DNA of 64,000 nt from contig DASUJH010000024.1 of the NCBI GenBank assembly GCA_036279355.1, forward strand, positions 67,375 through 131,374, in the 5' to 3' direction. The notes beneath the pieces are model-generated. The model saw nothing but the letters and a program-made list of their open reading frames with translations. It did no database searches and was not told the origin of the DNA. Below are positions 9,058 through 16,515 of this stretch, one piece after another. Made by a program: the position numbers and the translations under genes. Numbering within the stretch: position 1 is the first letter of the stretch; the number at the start of each line of letters is the position of its first letter. Source of the DNA: Gemmatimonadales bacterium. Its GTDB lineage: Bacteria > Gemmatimonadota > Gemmatimonadetes > Gemmatimonadales > GWC2-71-9.

Positions 9058-9546
9058 TCATGATCGCCGCCGCGCGCCTGTCGCGAGCGCGACGCTGAGG
9101 ATTCGCCATTCCGTGCCGATGCGGCGCATGACGAGATGCTCCACCCGGTCCGACTCGACCATCCGGTCGGCGCGCGGCACCCGCTCCCGACTCACCAGCC
9201 AGACCGCGGCGAGATCCCCCTCCTGTCGCGTGTCCGCGCGCAGGATGCGCACGTCCGACGGCGGCCCCGCGGCCGGGTCCCAGCGCGGGAGCACCGCGCT
9301 GCGGGCCGAATCGATTCCCAGGACCTCGGGCCCATCCGCCGTTGCCACCTCGTAGGTGGCGCCTTTCCAGAAGAGGTCCCGGAGCGCGGGCCAGTCCCGC
9401 GTCGACAATCCGTGGGTGTACGCGACAAGCAGGTGCTGGATGGCGTCATCATCGCGCCGCGAGCCCGTGGGCGTGTGGTCCTCGATGCGGCATGCGGCGA
9501 GGCCGATCAGGCACAGTCCAATTGCCGCCCGGCGGAAGCGGAACAT
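9058..9546 (-). CDS. Lipoprotein with SnoaL/NTF2-like (DUF4440-type) fold
   Basis: Lipobox LIGLAAC. The pattern DDDAIQHLLVAYTHGLSTRDWPALRDLFW...EGDLAAVW is typical of NTF2-like small proteins. First gene of the HK-RR-HK run. Confidence 0.6.
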   Translation of the reverse strand: MFRFRRAAIGLCLIGLAACRIEDHTPTGSRRDDDAIQHLLVAYTHGLSTRDWPALRDLFWKGATYEVATADGPEVLGIDSARSAVLPRWDPAAGPPSDVRILRADTRQEGDLAAVWLVSRERVPRADRMVESDRVEHLVMRRIGTEWRILSVALATGARRRS

Positions 9547-9602
9547 GAAACTCCGTCAACGAGATGATTCGGCCGAAAGATACTCGAAGCCGCCGGTGCC
9601 GC

Positions 9603-9634
9603 GGGCCCGCGACGGATCGGGCCCGCGACGGATC
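9603..9634. repeat. Perfect 16-bp tandem duplication (GGGCCCGCGACGGATC x2) able to form a 10-bp GC hairpin
   Basis: Read directly: units at 9603..9618 and 9619..9634 are identical. On the minus strand CGCGGGCCCG pairs with CGGGCCCGCG. The repeat sits just downstream of the peroxiredoxin stop (9655). Confidence 0.9.
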
Positions 9635-9654
9635 GACGTGCAGCCGTGGCCCTG

Positions 9655-10128
9655 CTACGCGAGCCCGTGGATCTGCGCCAGCAGCTCGGCGTCCTCCCGC
9701 CGCGTGCTCGGGGTGTCCTCCGCGTAGGTCCAGCGCACCATGCCATCGCGGTCGATCAGTACGTACGCGCGGTTGGAGAAGAAGGTGGACTCCATGAGGG
9801 TGCCGTAGCGCCGGCTCACCTCGCGCTTGAAGTCGCTCAGCAGCTCCACCGAAAACCGCTCCTTGGCCTTGAACTCCTTCAGCGTGGGGATGGAGTCGAC
9901 GCTGATCGGCAGCACCTCGGTGCGGGCATCGCGGAATTGCCCGTAATCGGCGGAGAGCTCGCAGACCTCCGCCGTGCAGGTGCTGGTGAACGCGAGGGGA
10001 AAGAACGCGAGCAACACGTTCTTGCCACGGAGAGCGGAGAGCGTGACGTTCTGCCCCGACGTGGACGGAAGCGTGAAGTCGGGCGCGGGCGTGCCCACGG
10101 CGGGCAGCGTCGAGGGAGACCCGCTCAC
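9655..10128 (-). CDS. Peroxiredoxin (AhpC/TSA/redoxin family)
   Basis: [47 protein letters not shown] carries the T-x-x-C peroxidatic motif. I use the GTG start at 10128, overlapping the SOD stop (GTGA). The track ORF start 10374 overlaps SOD and is rejected. Confidence 0.85.
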   Translation of the reverse strand: MSGSPSTLPAVGTPAPDFTLPSTSGQNVTLSALRGKNVLLAFFPLAFTSTCTAEVCELSADYGQFRDARTEVLPISVDSIPTLKEFKAKERFSVELLSDFKREVSRRYGTLMESTFFSNRAYVLIDRDGMVRWTYAEDTPSTRREDAELLAQIHGLA

Positions 10129-10739
10129 TTGCGGGCCTGGTCGTAGCGCTTCGCCACCTCGGTCCAGTTGAGCACGTTCCACCACGCCGCGACGTAGTCC
10201 GGCCGCCGGTTCTGATACTTGAGGTAGTACGCATGCTCCCAGACGTCGCACCCCATGACCGGCGTCTTGCCATCCATGACGGGGCTGTCCTGGTTCGCAG
10301 TGCTCTCGATCGCGAGCGTACCCGATCGGTCCATGGTGAGCCAGCCCCACCCGCTGCCGAACCGCCCGCCGCACGCCTTGGCGAACTGTTCCTTGAACTT
10401 GGCGAACCCGCCGAACGTCTTGTCGATTGCCGCCGCGAGCGGACCGCCCGGCTCCTTGGCACCGCCCGGGCGCATGATCTCCCAGAACATCGTGTGGTTG
10501 GCGTCGCCGCCGCCGTTGTTGCGTACGGCCGTGCGAATGGATTCCGGCACCGCGCCGAGATTGCCGATCAGCTCCATGAGCGACTTGCCCTGAAGCGAGG
10601 GCTGCCCCTCGAGCGCCGCGTTGAGGTTGTTGACGTACGCCGCGTGATGCTTGTCGTGATGGAGCCGCATCGTCTCTTCATCGATGTACGGCTCCAGGGC
10701 GTTGTAGGCGTAGGGGAGTGGGGGAAGGGTAAAGGCCAT
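10125..10739 (-). CDS. Fe/Mn superoxide dismutase
   Basis: [36 protein letters not shown]...[18 protein letters not shown] is the classical Fe/Mn-SOD signature. True ATG at 10739. Confidence 0.92.
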   Translation of the reverse strand: MAFTLPPLPYAYNALEPYIDEETMRLHHDKHHAAYVNNLNAALEGQPSLQGKSLMELIGNLGAVPESIRTAVRNNGGGDANHTMFWEIMRPGGAKEPGGPLAAAIDKTFGGFAKFKEQFAKACGGRFGSGWGWLTMDRSGTLAIESTANQDSPVMDGKTPVMGCDVWEHAYYLKYQNRRPDYVAAWWNVLNWTEVAKRYDQARK

Positions 10740-10824
10740 GGCTGCGCTACCTCGAGTGATGGCTCGGCTACCGAGTGAGTAAACCCTTGTCGAGCCGCAA
10801 ATATGTGACTGGCCATGGATGGGG

Positions 10825-11973
10825 TCAACGCGCGCGCGCCGTGCGCGCCGTCGGGTCACGCGCGCTCCGCATTGCAGCGCACGCGAGCCCCGCCGCGGCC
10901 AGCACCGTGTAGACGACCTGAGTGCGAAGCCCGGCCTCGAGCGCGAGCAGCATGCCCCACCCCGCGGCGAGCGTCACTGCAATGCGTGCCGCGCGAGCGG
11001 CGGCACCCGGGTGCGCACGCAGGCCGGCGACTCCGTTGCGGCCGAGGCGCACTCCCCGCTCATCCAATCCCACTGCCGTCGACGCGCCGACGAGTAGCGC
11101 GGCCGCGGGCGTGCTGCCGGGCACGAGGCTCGCGAGGGCAAGCAGCGCGAGGCCGGCGAGCGCCTCGCATCGCCGGCGGGTCGCCGCAGCGTGCCAGATG
11201 CCGAGCATCGCGAGCGGTGCCGTGAGCGGCTGCCAATGCTCAAGTCCCGCGGGCACGGCGCGCATGCCGACCCGCACCCACACCACGACCGCGGCCGGCG
11301 CCACCACGGCGCCGGGCACGAGCTCATGCACCGGCCAGAGGCCCAGCGAAAGCCACACGGCGAGCGCGAGCGGAAGCGCAATCAGCACCTCGGCCGCGTC
11401 GCTGAACGGCGCATTGGCAAGTGTCGAGATGCGCAGGCCGACGGGGCCCGCGATGGTCGTCATGAGATGATGGAGGGGACCGAGGAGCACGGTGATGACA
11501 AGCGCGGGTGCCAACGCGCGGGCGACGCCGCGGTGTCCGTCAAGCCACCACCCGCCCGCCGCCGCCGCGACGACGAGCCCGGCGAACACGAGACTCACGC
11601 GCCCGGCGAACACGGTAGCGAGCGTGCCGAGCAGGGCCGCCGCGAGCGGCGCGAGGCGGACTTGGCCCGCGCCGAGGCCCGCGCTAGCCGCCGTCTCGCC
11701 CTTCTTCTCGGAGGCCTCGATTCCGCCGCGCCCCGCGAGCCGGATCGCGGCGATCGCGAGGGCGACACCCACAAGCAACAGCCCGCCATCGACGACCACG
11801 CCTGCACGCCCGACCGCGACGCCGCCCGCGCCCGCCGCCACCTTGAACGCCGCCACGCCGAGCGCGAACGGCACCAGCGCGGCGGCCGCCCACCGCCGGG
11901 CCGCGCGCGGCTCGAGCAGGGCGGCCTCGACCACGAGGAGCGCGTACATAACGAGAAAGATCTTGATCGACAA
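10825..11973 (-). CDS. Polytopic Ala/Gly/Leu-rich membrane protein, family not recognised
   Basis: About 10-12 hydrophobic segments with high GC3 in this frame. Candidate TTG start at 11973 lies 8 nt after GGAGAGG (alternative ATG at 11949). The upstream part of the track ORF (to 12171) looks non-coding. Confidence 0.5.
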   Translation of the reverse strand: MSIKIFLVMYALLVVEAALLEPRAARRWAAAALVPFALGVAAFKVAAGAGGVAVGRAGVVVDGGLLLVGVALAIAAIRLAGRGGIEASEKKGETAASAGLGAGQVRLAPLAAALLGTLATVFAGRVSLVFAGLVVAAAAGGWWLDGHRGVARALAPALVITVLLGPLHHLMTTIAGPVGLRISTLANAPFSDAAEVLIALPLALAVWLSLGLWPVHELVPGAVVAPAAVVVWVRVGMRAVPAGLEHWQPLTAPLAMLGIWHAAATRRRCEALAGLALLALASLVPGSTPAAALLVGASTAVGLDERGVRLGRNGVAGLRAHPGAAARAARIAVTLAAGWGMLLALEAGLRTQVVYTVLAAAGLACAAMRSARDPTARTARAR

Positions 11974-12248
11974 CGGCTTGACCTCTCCTGCCCCGGCCGG
12001 GTGGAGGGGGACTCCCGCGGGGACGACCGCCCGCTGATTATTATGGATCACATTTTGCCAGATGCCCGCGCGAGACGCACTTGGAGCCGAGCCCGCCGGC
12101 GGCGGTTCGGGGGTATTCCGCAACCTGCCGGGGAATCTGCAACGAGCGACGCGTCTCGTCGGCCGAACCACCCACCAGCGAAACCAAGGACCCGCGCACC
12201 GTGACCGCAGCGCTCGAACCTGCCTCGACGCCGGCTGAGGAGCCGGCC

Positions 12249-13301
12249 ATGCTGCCGGACCTGGGCAGCCGGATCAACGGACGGAAGCGGACCTGGCGCC
12301 CCGCCAGCGAGATCGCCGTCGATCTGGGCACCGCCAACACCCTCGTCTTCGTGAAGGGCGAGGGCGTCGTGTTGAACGAGCCCTCGGTGGCCGCCGTCGA
12401 TCAGGCCACCGGCGAGATCAAGGGCATCGGGCTCGAGGCCAAGCGGATGCTCGGCCGCACACCAGAAGGCATTCTCGCCGTGCGGCCGATGAAGGACGGC
12501 GTCATCGCCAACTTCGACGTCGCCGAGAAGATGCTCCGCCACTTTCTCCGCCAGGTGCTCGACCGGCGAATCCTTCGCGTCAAGCCTACCGTCATCGTCT
12601 GCGTCCCCTCGGGCATCACCGAAGTCGAGCGCCGCGCGGTGCGCGACTCGGCCCAGTCGGCGGGCGTCAAGCGCCTGCTCATGGTGGCCGAACCGATGGC
12701 GGCCGCGATCGGCATTGGGCTCCCGGTGGAAACGCCCACCGGCAATATGGTGATCGACATCGGCGGCGGCACCACCAACATCGCCGTGATCGCGCTCTCA
12801 GGAATCGTGTGCGACGCCTCGATTCGCACCGGCGGCGACGAGCTGGATCAGGCCATCGTGCAGTTCATGCGCAAGAACTACAGCCTGCTGGTGGGCGAGC
12901 CCACCGCCGAAGCAGTGAAGATCCAGATCGGCTCCGCGGCTCCGCTCGAGCCCGAACGAGAGATGGAGGTCAAGGGCCGCGATCTCATCTCGGGCCTGCC
13001 CAAGATCGTGCGGGTGGATTCGGCCGGCATCCGCGATGCGATTCAGGAGCCGATCTCCCGCATCGTGAACGCGGTGCGCCGTGCACTCGAGATGACCCCG
13101 CCCGAGCTCGCGAGCGACATCCTCGACCACGGCATCGTGCTCACTGGCGGCGGCGCGCTCATCCGCGGTCTCGACACCCTGCTCGGCGACGAAACCGGGC
13201 TCCAGGTGCGGCGCGACCCCGACCCGCTCACCTGCGTCGTGCGCGGCACCGGCCGCATCCTCGACGATTTCGCCCGCTACGAGAGCGTGCTCACCACCTG
13301 A
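12249..13301 (+). CDS. mreB: Rod-shape-determining actin homologue MreB
   Basis: IAVDLGTANTLVFVKGEGVVLNEPSVAAV...RPMKDGVIANFD...VIDIGGGTTNIAV...GIVLTGGGALIRGLD. ATG at 12249; the track start 12081 is an upstream extension. Confidence 0.92.
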   Translation: MLPDLGSRINGRKRTWRPASEIAVDLGTANTLVFVKGEGVVLNEPSVAAVDQATGEIKGIGLEAKRMLGRTPEGILAVRPMKDGVIANFDVAEKMLRHFLRQVLDRRILRVKPTVIVCVPSGITEVERRAVRDSAQSAGVKRLLMVAEPMAAAIGIGLPVETPTGNMVIDIGGGTTNIAVIALSGIVCDASIRTGGDELDQAIVQFMRKNYSLLVGEPTAEAVKIQIGSAAPLEPEREMEVKGRDLISGLPKIVRVDSAGIRDAIQEPISRIVNAVRRALEMTPPELASDILDHGIVLTGGGALIRGLDTLLGDETGLQVRRDPDPLTCVVRGTGRILDDFARYESVLTT

Positions 13302-14139
13302 TCCGATCGACAACCGCGTCCGCTGCACCGGCCCCCGTCTCTCCATCGAGGCGGGGGCTTTGCATTGCGCTCGCGACGTCCCGTCGCGCGCACCGCCGCA
13401 CGCGCGCGAGCTCGAGGCCGGCTCGCAGCATCGCGAGCGGGCCGAGCTTGGAGCCGCCCATGTGGGTCCACTGCTCGAGCGGTACTTCCGCCACCAGCCG
13501 CTCGAGCGGCGGCGCACCGAGCCGCCGGGCCGCCTCGGCAAGGCGTGCCAACAGTTCTACATCAAAGGCCCACCGGAAGCGGAACGGCACCGCGAACGCG
13601 AGCCGCACGAGCGGGGTCACGCGGAAGAGTTTTGCGCCGCATTGGGTATCGTAGACCGGCGCGGCCAGCGCCAGGGCGGCGGCCGTCGCGAAGAGGCGGC
13701 CGAGATAGTGGCGGGCCCCGGTTCGCTCGATCTTCCGACCGAGCAGCTTCACGCGGGCTCCGGTGACGGCCACGATGGTCGGCCGCGCGTCGAAGACCTC
13801 GGCCATGCGCGGGATCTCGTCGAGCGGGGTGGCCAGGTCGGCATCCCAGTAGCCCACGAGCGGCGCGCCGCTGTCGATCGCGGCCAGTACGCCCGCGCGC
13901 ACTGCGGCCGCCTTGCCCTGATTGGTCGGCAACGCGAGCACGCCGACCCTGTTGGGGCAGCGCGCGACCAGGGCGTCGAGCGCGGCGCGCGTCGCGTCGG
14001 TGCTGCCGTCGTCCACCAGTAGCAGCCGCACGCCGTGCGCGCCGCCGGCGAACGCGGCGATCCGCGATGCATCGAGCCGCGCCGCCTCGTTGTAGCAGGG
14101 CAGCACGACCGTCGTCGGCTCGGCGCGCTCGGATGCCAT
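13291..14139 (-). CDS. Family-2 glycosyltransferase (polyprenol-phosphate glycosyltransferase-like)
   Basis: VVLPCYNEA...LLLVDDGSTDAT...NQGKAAAVRAG...YWDADLATP (GT-A DxD pattern); 282 aa. Confidence 0.85.
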   Translation of the reverse strand: MASERAEPTTVVLPCYNEAARLDASRIAAFAGGAHGVRLLLVDDGSTDATRAALDALVARCPNRVGVLALPTNQGKAAAVRAGVLAAIDSGAPLVGYWDADLATPLDEIPRMAEVFDARPTIVAVTGARVKLLGRKIERTGARHYLGRLFATAAALALAAPVYDTQCGAKLFRVTPLVRLAFAVPFRFRWAFDVELLARLAEAARRLGAPPLERLVAEVPLEQWTHMGGSKLGPLAMLRAGLELARVRRCARRDVASAMQSPRLDGETGAGAADAVVDRIRW

Positions 14140-14151
14140 GGGCCTCTCCGA

Positions 14152-14508
14152 TCAGTGTTCGGCGTGATGCGCGCCGATGGCCTGGCGCTCGGCGGCAATG
14201 ACGCGATGGGGAATGCCGACCTCGGTGAGATGCGCCGCGACCTCGAGCGCGCCGGGCGCCGCCCCCGCCTCCGATCGAAGCACCCGCACCACGCTGCCCC
14301 GGATCGGCAACGTTTCGCCGCGCGCGAGACACAGGATGCCCTCGAGCTTTCTGCCGACCGCCGGCGCGGGGCCGCGGCCTTGTCGATAGCGGACGCCGCG
14401 CTCGGAAAGGTCGACCACTTCGAATTCGTCGTCGTCAAGGATCAGTCGGGGTCGTGCGTCATCGGGATAGCGGAGCCGGACGTGCATCCGGGCATGTTCG
14501 GCATGCAT
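14152..14508 (-). CDS. PilZ-domain (c-di-GMP-binding) protein
   Basis: RMHVR (RxxxR) followed by VVDLSERGV (D-x-S-x-x-G); 118 aa single-domain protein. Confidence 0.7.
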   Translation of the reverse strand: MHAEHARMHVRLRYPDDARPRLILDDDEFEVVDLSERGVRYRQGRGPAPAVGRKLEGILCLARGETLPIRGSVVRVLRSEAGAAPGALEVAAHLTEVGIPHRVIAAERQAIGAHHAEH

Positions 14509-14549
14509 GGCGGTGGAGTCTCCCCGCGATGCGGCCGTCCCGCATCACG

Positions 14550-14840
14550 TCATCGGGGATGCTTGGATTCGCAACCGGCCAGCTCCGGGTGGCCGGCGCA
14601 GGCCTCGTCGCTCACTGCGGGGTGCGCCACGGGAGAGGTGCCGGGCGCGGGCGCCACCGCGGGGACGCCGGCCGCCGGGGCGAGTCGATCGCCCATCCGG
14701 CCGTATTCGCCCCGGAGCTGGTCGCCGAGCAGCACCAGCGTGAGCAGAAGCCCGCCGGCGACGAACATGAGCAGCAATGCGTACTCGACGAGCGCCTGGC
14801 CGGAATCCCGACGTCGCGGCGCGGGGAGTCGTGACCACAT
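14550..14840 (-). CDS. Flp/Fap-type (type IVb, Tad) prepilin with an unusually long C-terminal tail
   Basis: MWSRLPAPRRRDSG/QALVEYALLLMFVAGGLLLTLVLL matches the Flp G/XXXXEY processing motif plus a hydrophobic helix. GGAGGA lies 6 nt upstream of the ATG at 14840. High GC3. The 96-aa precursor has a Pro/Ala-rich tail ending EACAGHPELAGCESKHPR. Confidence 0.65.
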   Translation of the reverse strand: MWSRLPAPRRRDSGQALVEYALLLMFVAGGLLLTLVLLGDQLRGEYGRMGDRLAPAAGVPAVAPAPGTSPVAHPAVSDEACAGHPELAGCESKHPR

Positions 14841-14874
14841 GATTCCTCCGCCGGGCTCAGGGTGAGGGCGCAAC

Positions 14875-15609
14875 CTAAAGGTAAGAAGCGCCTGACGATG
14901 TGGAAGTGCTGGCGAGCACCGCGTGCTCGATCCCGGCGGCGAGCTGGGGCCAGCGCAGTGGCTCAACGAGCGGAAGCAGCGGCGCCGTAGGGATCGGGCG
15001 GCCGCCTGGCGGAAGGCCATCGCGAGCAGGGCAGACGCGCAGTACCGGGAGCGCAGGCCGAGCCACGCGGAGCCGGCGGACGAGCTCCGGGGTAGTGAGG
15101 TCGGGCAGCCGTGCCGCAGCGATCACCAAATCGAACGAGCCCCCCCGACTCGCGGCGATCTTGAGCGCATCGAGCGCCATGCGCCCGTCGCCCACCGGAA
15201 GCACCGCCATTCGGGCGCGCTGGAGAAGGCGCGTGAGCGCCCGCCGCGTGCGTGCGTCGGGCTCGACCAGCAGAATGTTGAGGCGGCGCCGCCCCGACGG
15301 GGCCACCGGCGGAAACCAGGGGCGCGGTTCCGAGTCGGCTTCCTTCGGTGTCACCCTGAGTCGCACCCGGACGGCATCCCGCCAGGGGGACTCGACCCAC
15401 ACGCGCTCCCGCCACCGCGCGGCTTCGCGCATGAGGACTGGCACCTCCGCCAGACAGCGCGCCAGCTGCCGCTGTGTCGCAGCCCAGCCACCCCGAACGT
15501 GCTCGGCGGCGCGCTCGGCGCGGGTCAGGCGATGCCGGGTCGGCGGTGGGATCATGATCATCCCCGAAGTCTGCGCATGGAAGGGCCCCGCGGACGTGAC
15601 CGGAGTCAC
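14875..15609 (-). CDS. Protein with C-terminal degenerate (pseudo-)receiver domain
   Basis: The C-terminal ~120 aa align to CheY-like receivers (LNILLVEPDARTRRALTRLL...FDLVIAAARLPDLTTPELVRRLR...PVLRV). However, the phospho-acceptor position reads Ala (DLVIAA) and the acidic pair reads E-P. The N-terminal ~110 aa are unrecognised. Start is uncertain (15609 or ATG at 15561). Confidence 0.6.
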   Translation of the reverse strand: MTPVTSAGPFHAQTSGMIMIPPPTRHRLTRAERAAEHVRGGWAATQRQLARCLAEVPVLMREAARWRERVWVESPWRDAVRVRLRVTPKEADSEPRPWFPPVAPSGRRRLNILLVEPDARTRRALTRLLQRARMAVLPVGDGRMALDALKIAASRGGSFDLVIAAARLPDLTTPELVRRLRVARPALPVLRVCPARDGLPPGGRPIPTAPLLPLVEPLRWPQLAAGIEHAVLASTSTSSGASYL

Positions 15610-15659
15610 AGCCGCGTGCGGATTGGAGCGGGGCGCCTGCCGTGCGCCGTCCGTTCAGT

Positions 15660-15965
15660 CTAGGGGTGTATCGCGCCTGTCGTGGCCGGCGCCACGGTTG
15701 GACGACCGGAGTGCAGGGCGTAGACGCCGACCAGAAGCACCACGACCAGGAGGGTTGCGGCGATGACGATGGCGAGCCCATAGGTGCGGGCGGCCACCAG
15801 ACTCCCGCCGCAGAACTCGCACGCCAGGCGACCGCGTCGAACGGTGAGCCCGCAATGGGGACAGACCTGCTGCTGCATATGCCCTCTGGGCCGCGGCGCG
15901 CCGCCGGGCGGCGGAACGACGGAGCCTCGTTGCGTCATTTCCGGGGTACTCGATCCGGCGTCCAC
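15660..15965 (-). CDS. Zinc-ribbon protein with C-terminal TM anchor
   Basis: CPHCG...(9 aa)...CEFCG zinc-ribbon pair followed by the TM helix YGLAIVIAATLLVVVLLVGVYAL. Start is either 15965 or the ATG at 15878. Confidence 0.5.
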   Translation of the reverse strand: MDAGSSTPEMTQRGSVVPPPGGAPRPRGHMQQQVCPHCGLTVRRGRLACEFCGGSLVAARTYGLAIVIAATLLVVVLLVGVYALHSGRPTVAPATTGAIHP

Positions 15966-16008
15966 AACCTATCGTCGACGCGCGCCGCTGCCAAGATGGA
16001 CCGGCGAA

Positions 16009-16081
16009 TGGAGCGGACCGGGATCGAACCGGCGACCCCCTGCTTGCAAAGCAGGTGCTCTCCCAGCTGAGCTACCGCCCC
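16009..16081 (-). tRNA. tRNA-Ala (anticodon UGC)
   Basis: Reverse complement reads GGGGCGGTAGCTCAGCTGGGAGAGCACCTGCTTTGCAAGCAGGGGGTCGCCGGTTCGATCCCGGTCCGCTCCA. The cloverleaf folds, with a 7-bp acceptor stem carrying the G3:U70 Ala identity pair, anticodon loop TTTGCAA, and T-loop GGTTCGATCC. CCA is not encoded. Confidence 0.92.
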
Positions 16082-16131
16082 GAACGCACCGAAGATAACG
16101 TGCCGCGCCCGGCTCCGAAAACCGCGCCAGC

Positions 16132-16515
16132 TCACTTGGCTCGTCGGAGCCGGCGTGTCGTCCGCCGGATCTGCCCTCGCACCTCCGCGCAGCTCATCGC
16201 GCCCGGCTGCTGCTGGGTGGCCGCCCCTTGATCGCTCGCCTCGGTGACCAGCTTGACCAGTCTGCTCCTCTGCGCGCCTTGCATCTGCTTTCGATCCATG
16301 AGGTCGCGGAAGGCGTGGAGCACCGGCGTCGGATCGAGCAGGCAGGCCTGCGCCATGCCCGTGGTGAGCCCGCTGAGCTTTGCCGCGGCGCGGAGCGATT
16401 CGGATTGCGCGGCGAGAGGCGTGGGGCCGAGCGCGACCCCAAGCATGAGCGACGGCAGCATTGCCATGAATCCATTGAACGGCCCACGCCGCCATCCAGC
16501 GGCTCGCGCGCGCAT
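16132..16515 (-). CDS. Small secreted protein, unknown function (2 Cys)
   Basis: Signal-like N-terminus MAMLPSLMLGVALGPTPLAAQ. The ATG at 16515 shares 1 nt with the hemF stop. Coding-like GC3. No recognisable family. Confidence 0.45.
   Translation of the reverse strand: MRARAAGWRRGPFNGFMAMLPSLMLGVALGPTPLAAQSESLRAAAKLSGLTTGMAQACLLDPTPVLHAFRDLMDRKQMQGAQRSRLVKLVTEASDQGAATQQQPGAMSCAEVRGQIRRTTRRLRRAK

Noticed and set aside
9449-10462. 337-aa minus-strand ORF spanning the prx/sod region, together with other long alternate-frame ORFs (e.g. 10815-11225+, 11191-12204+, 13562-14332-).
   Set aside because: These are alternate frames of the peroxiredoxin, SOD, membrane-protein and GT2 genes. Their composition is Arg/Ser/Pro-rich and they lack motifs. 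The in-frame genes carry diagnostic signatures.
16009-16081. At first glance the plus-strand TTGCAAAGCA suggested tRNA-Cys (GCA).
   Set aside because: Folding the minus-strand sequence puts TGC at anticodon positions 34-36 and reveals the G3:U70 pair. The gene is tRNA-Ala(UGC), and it is reported as such.
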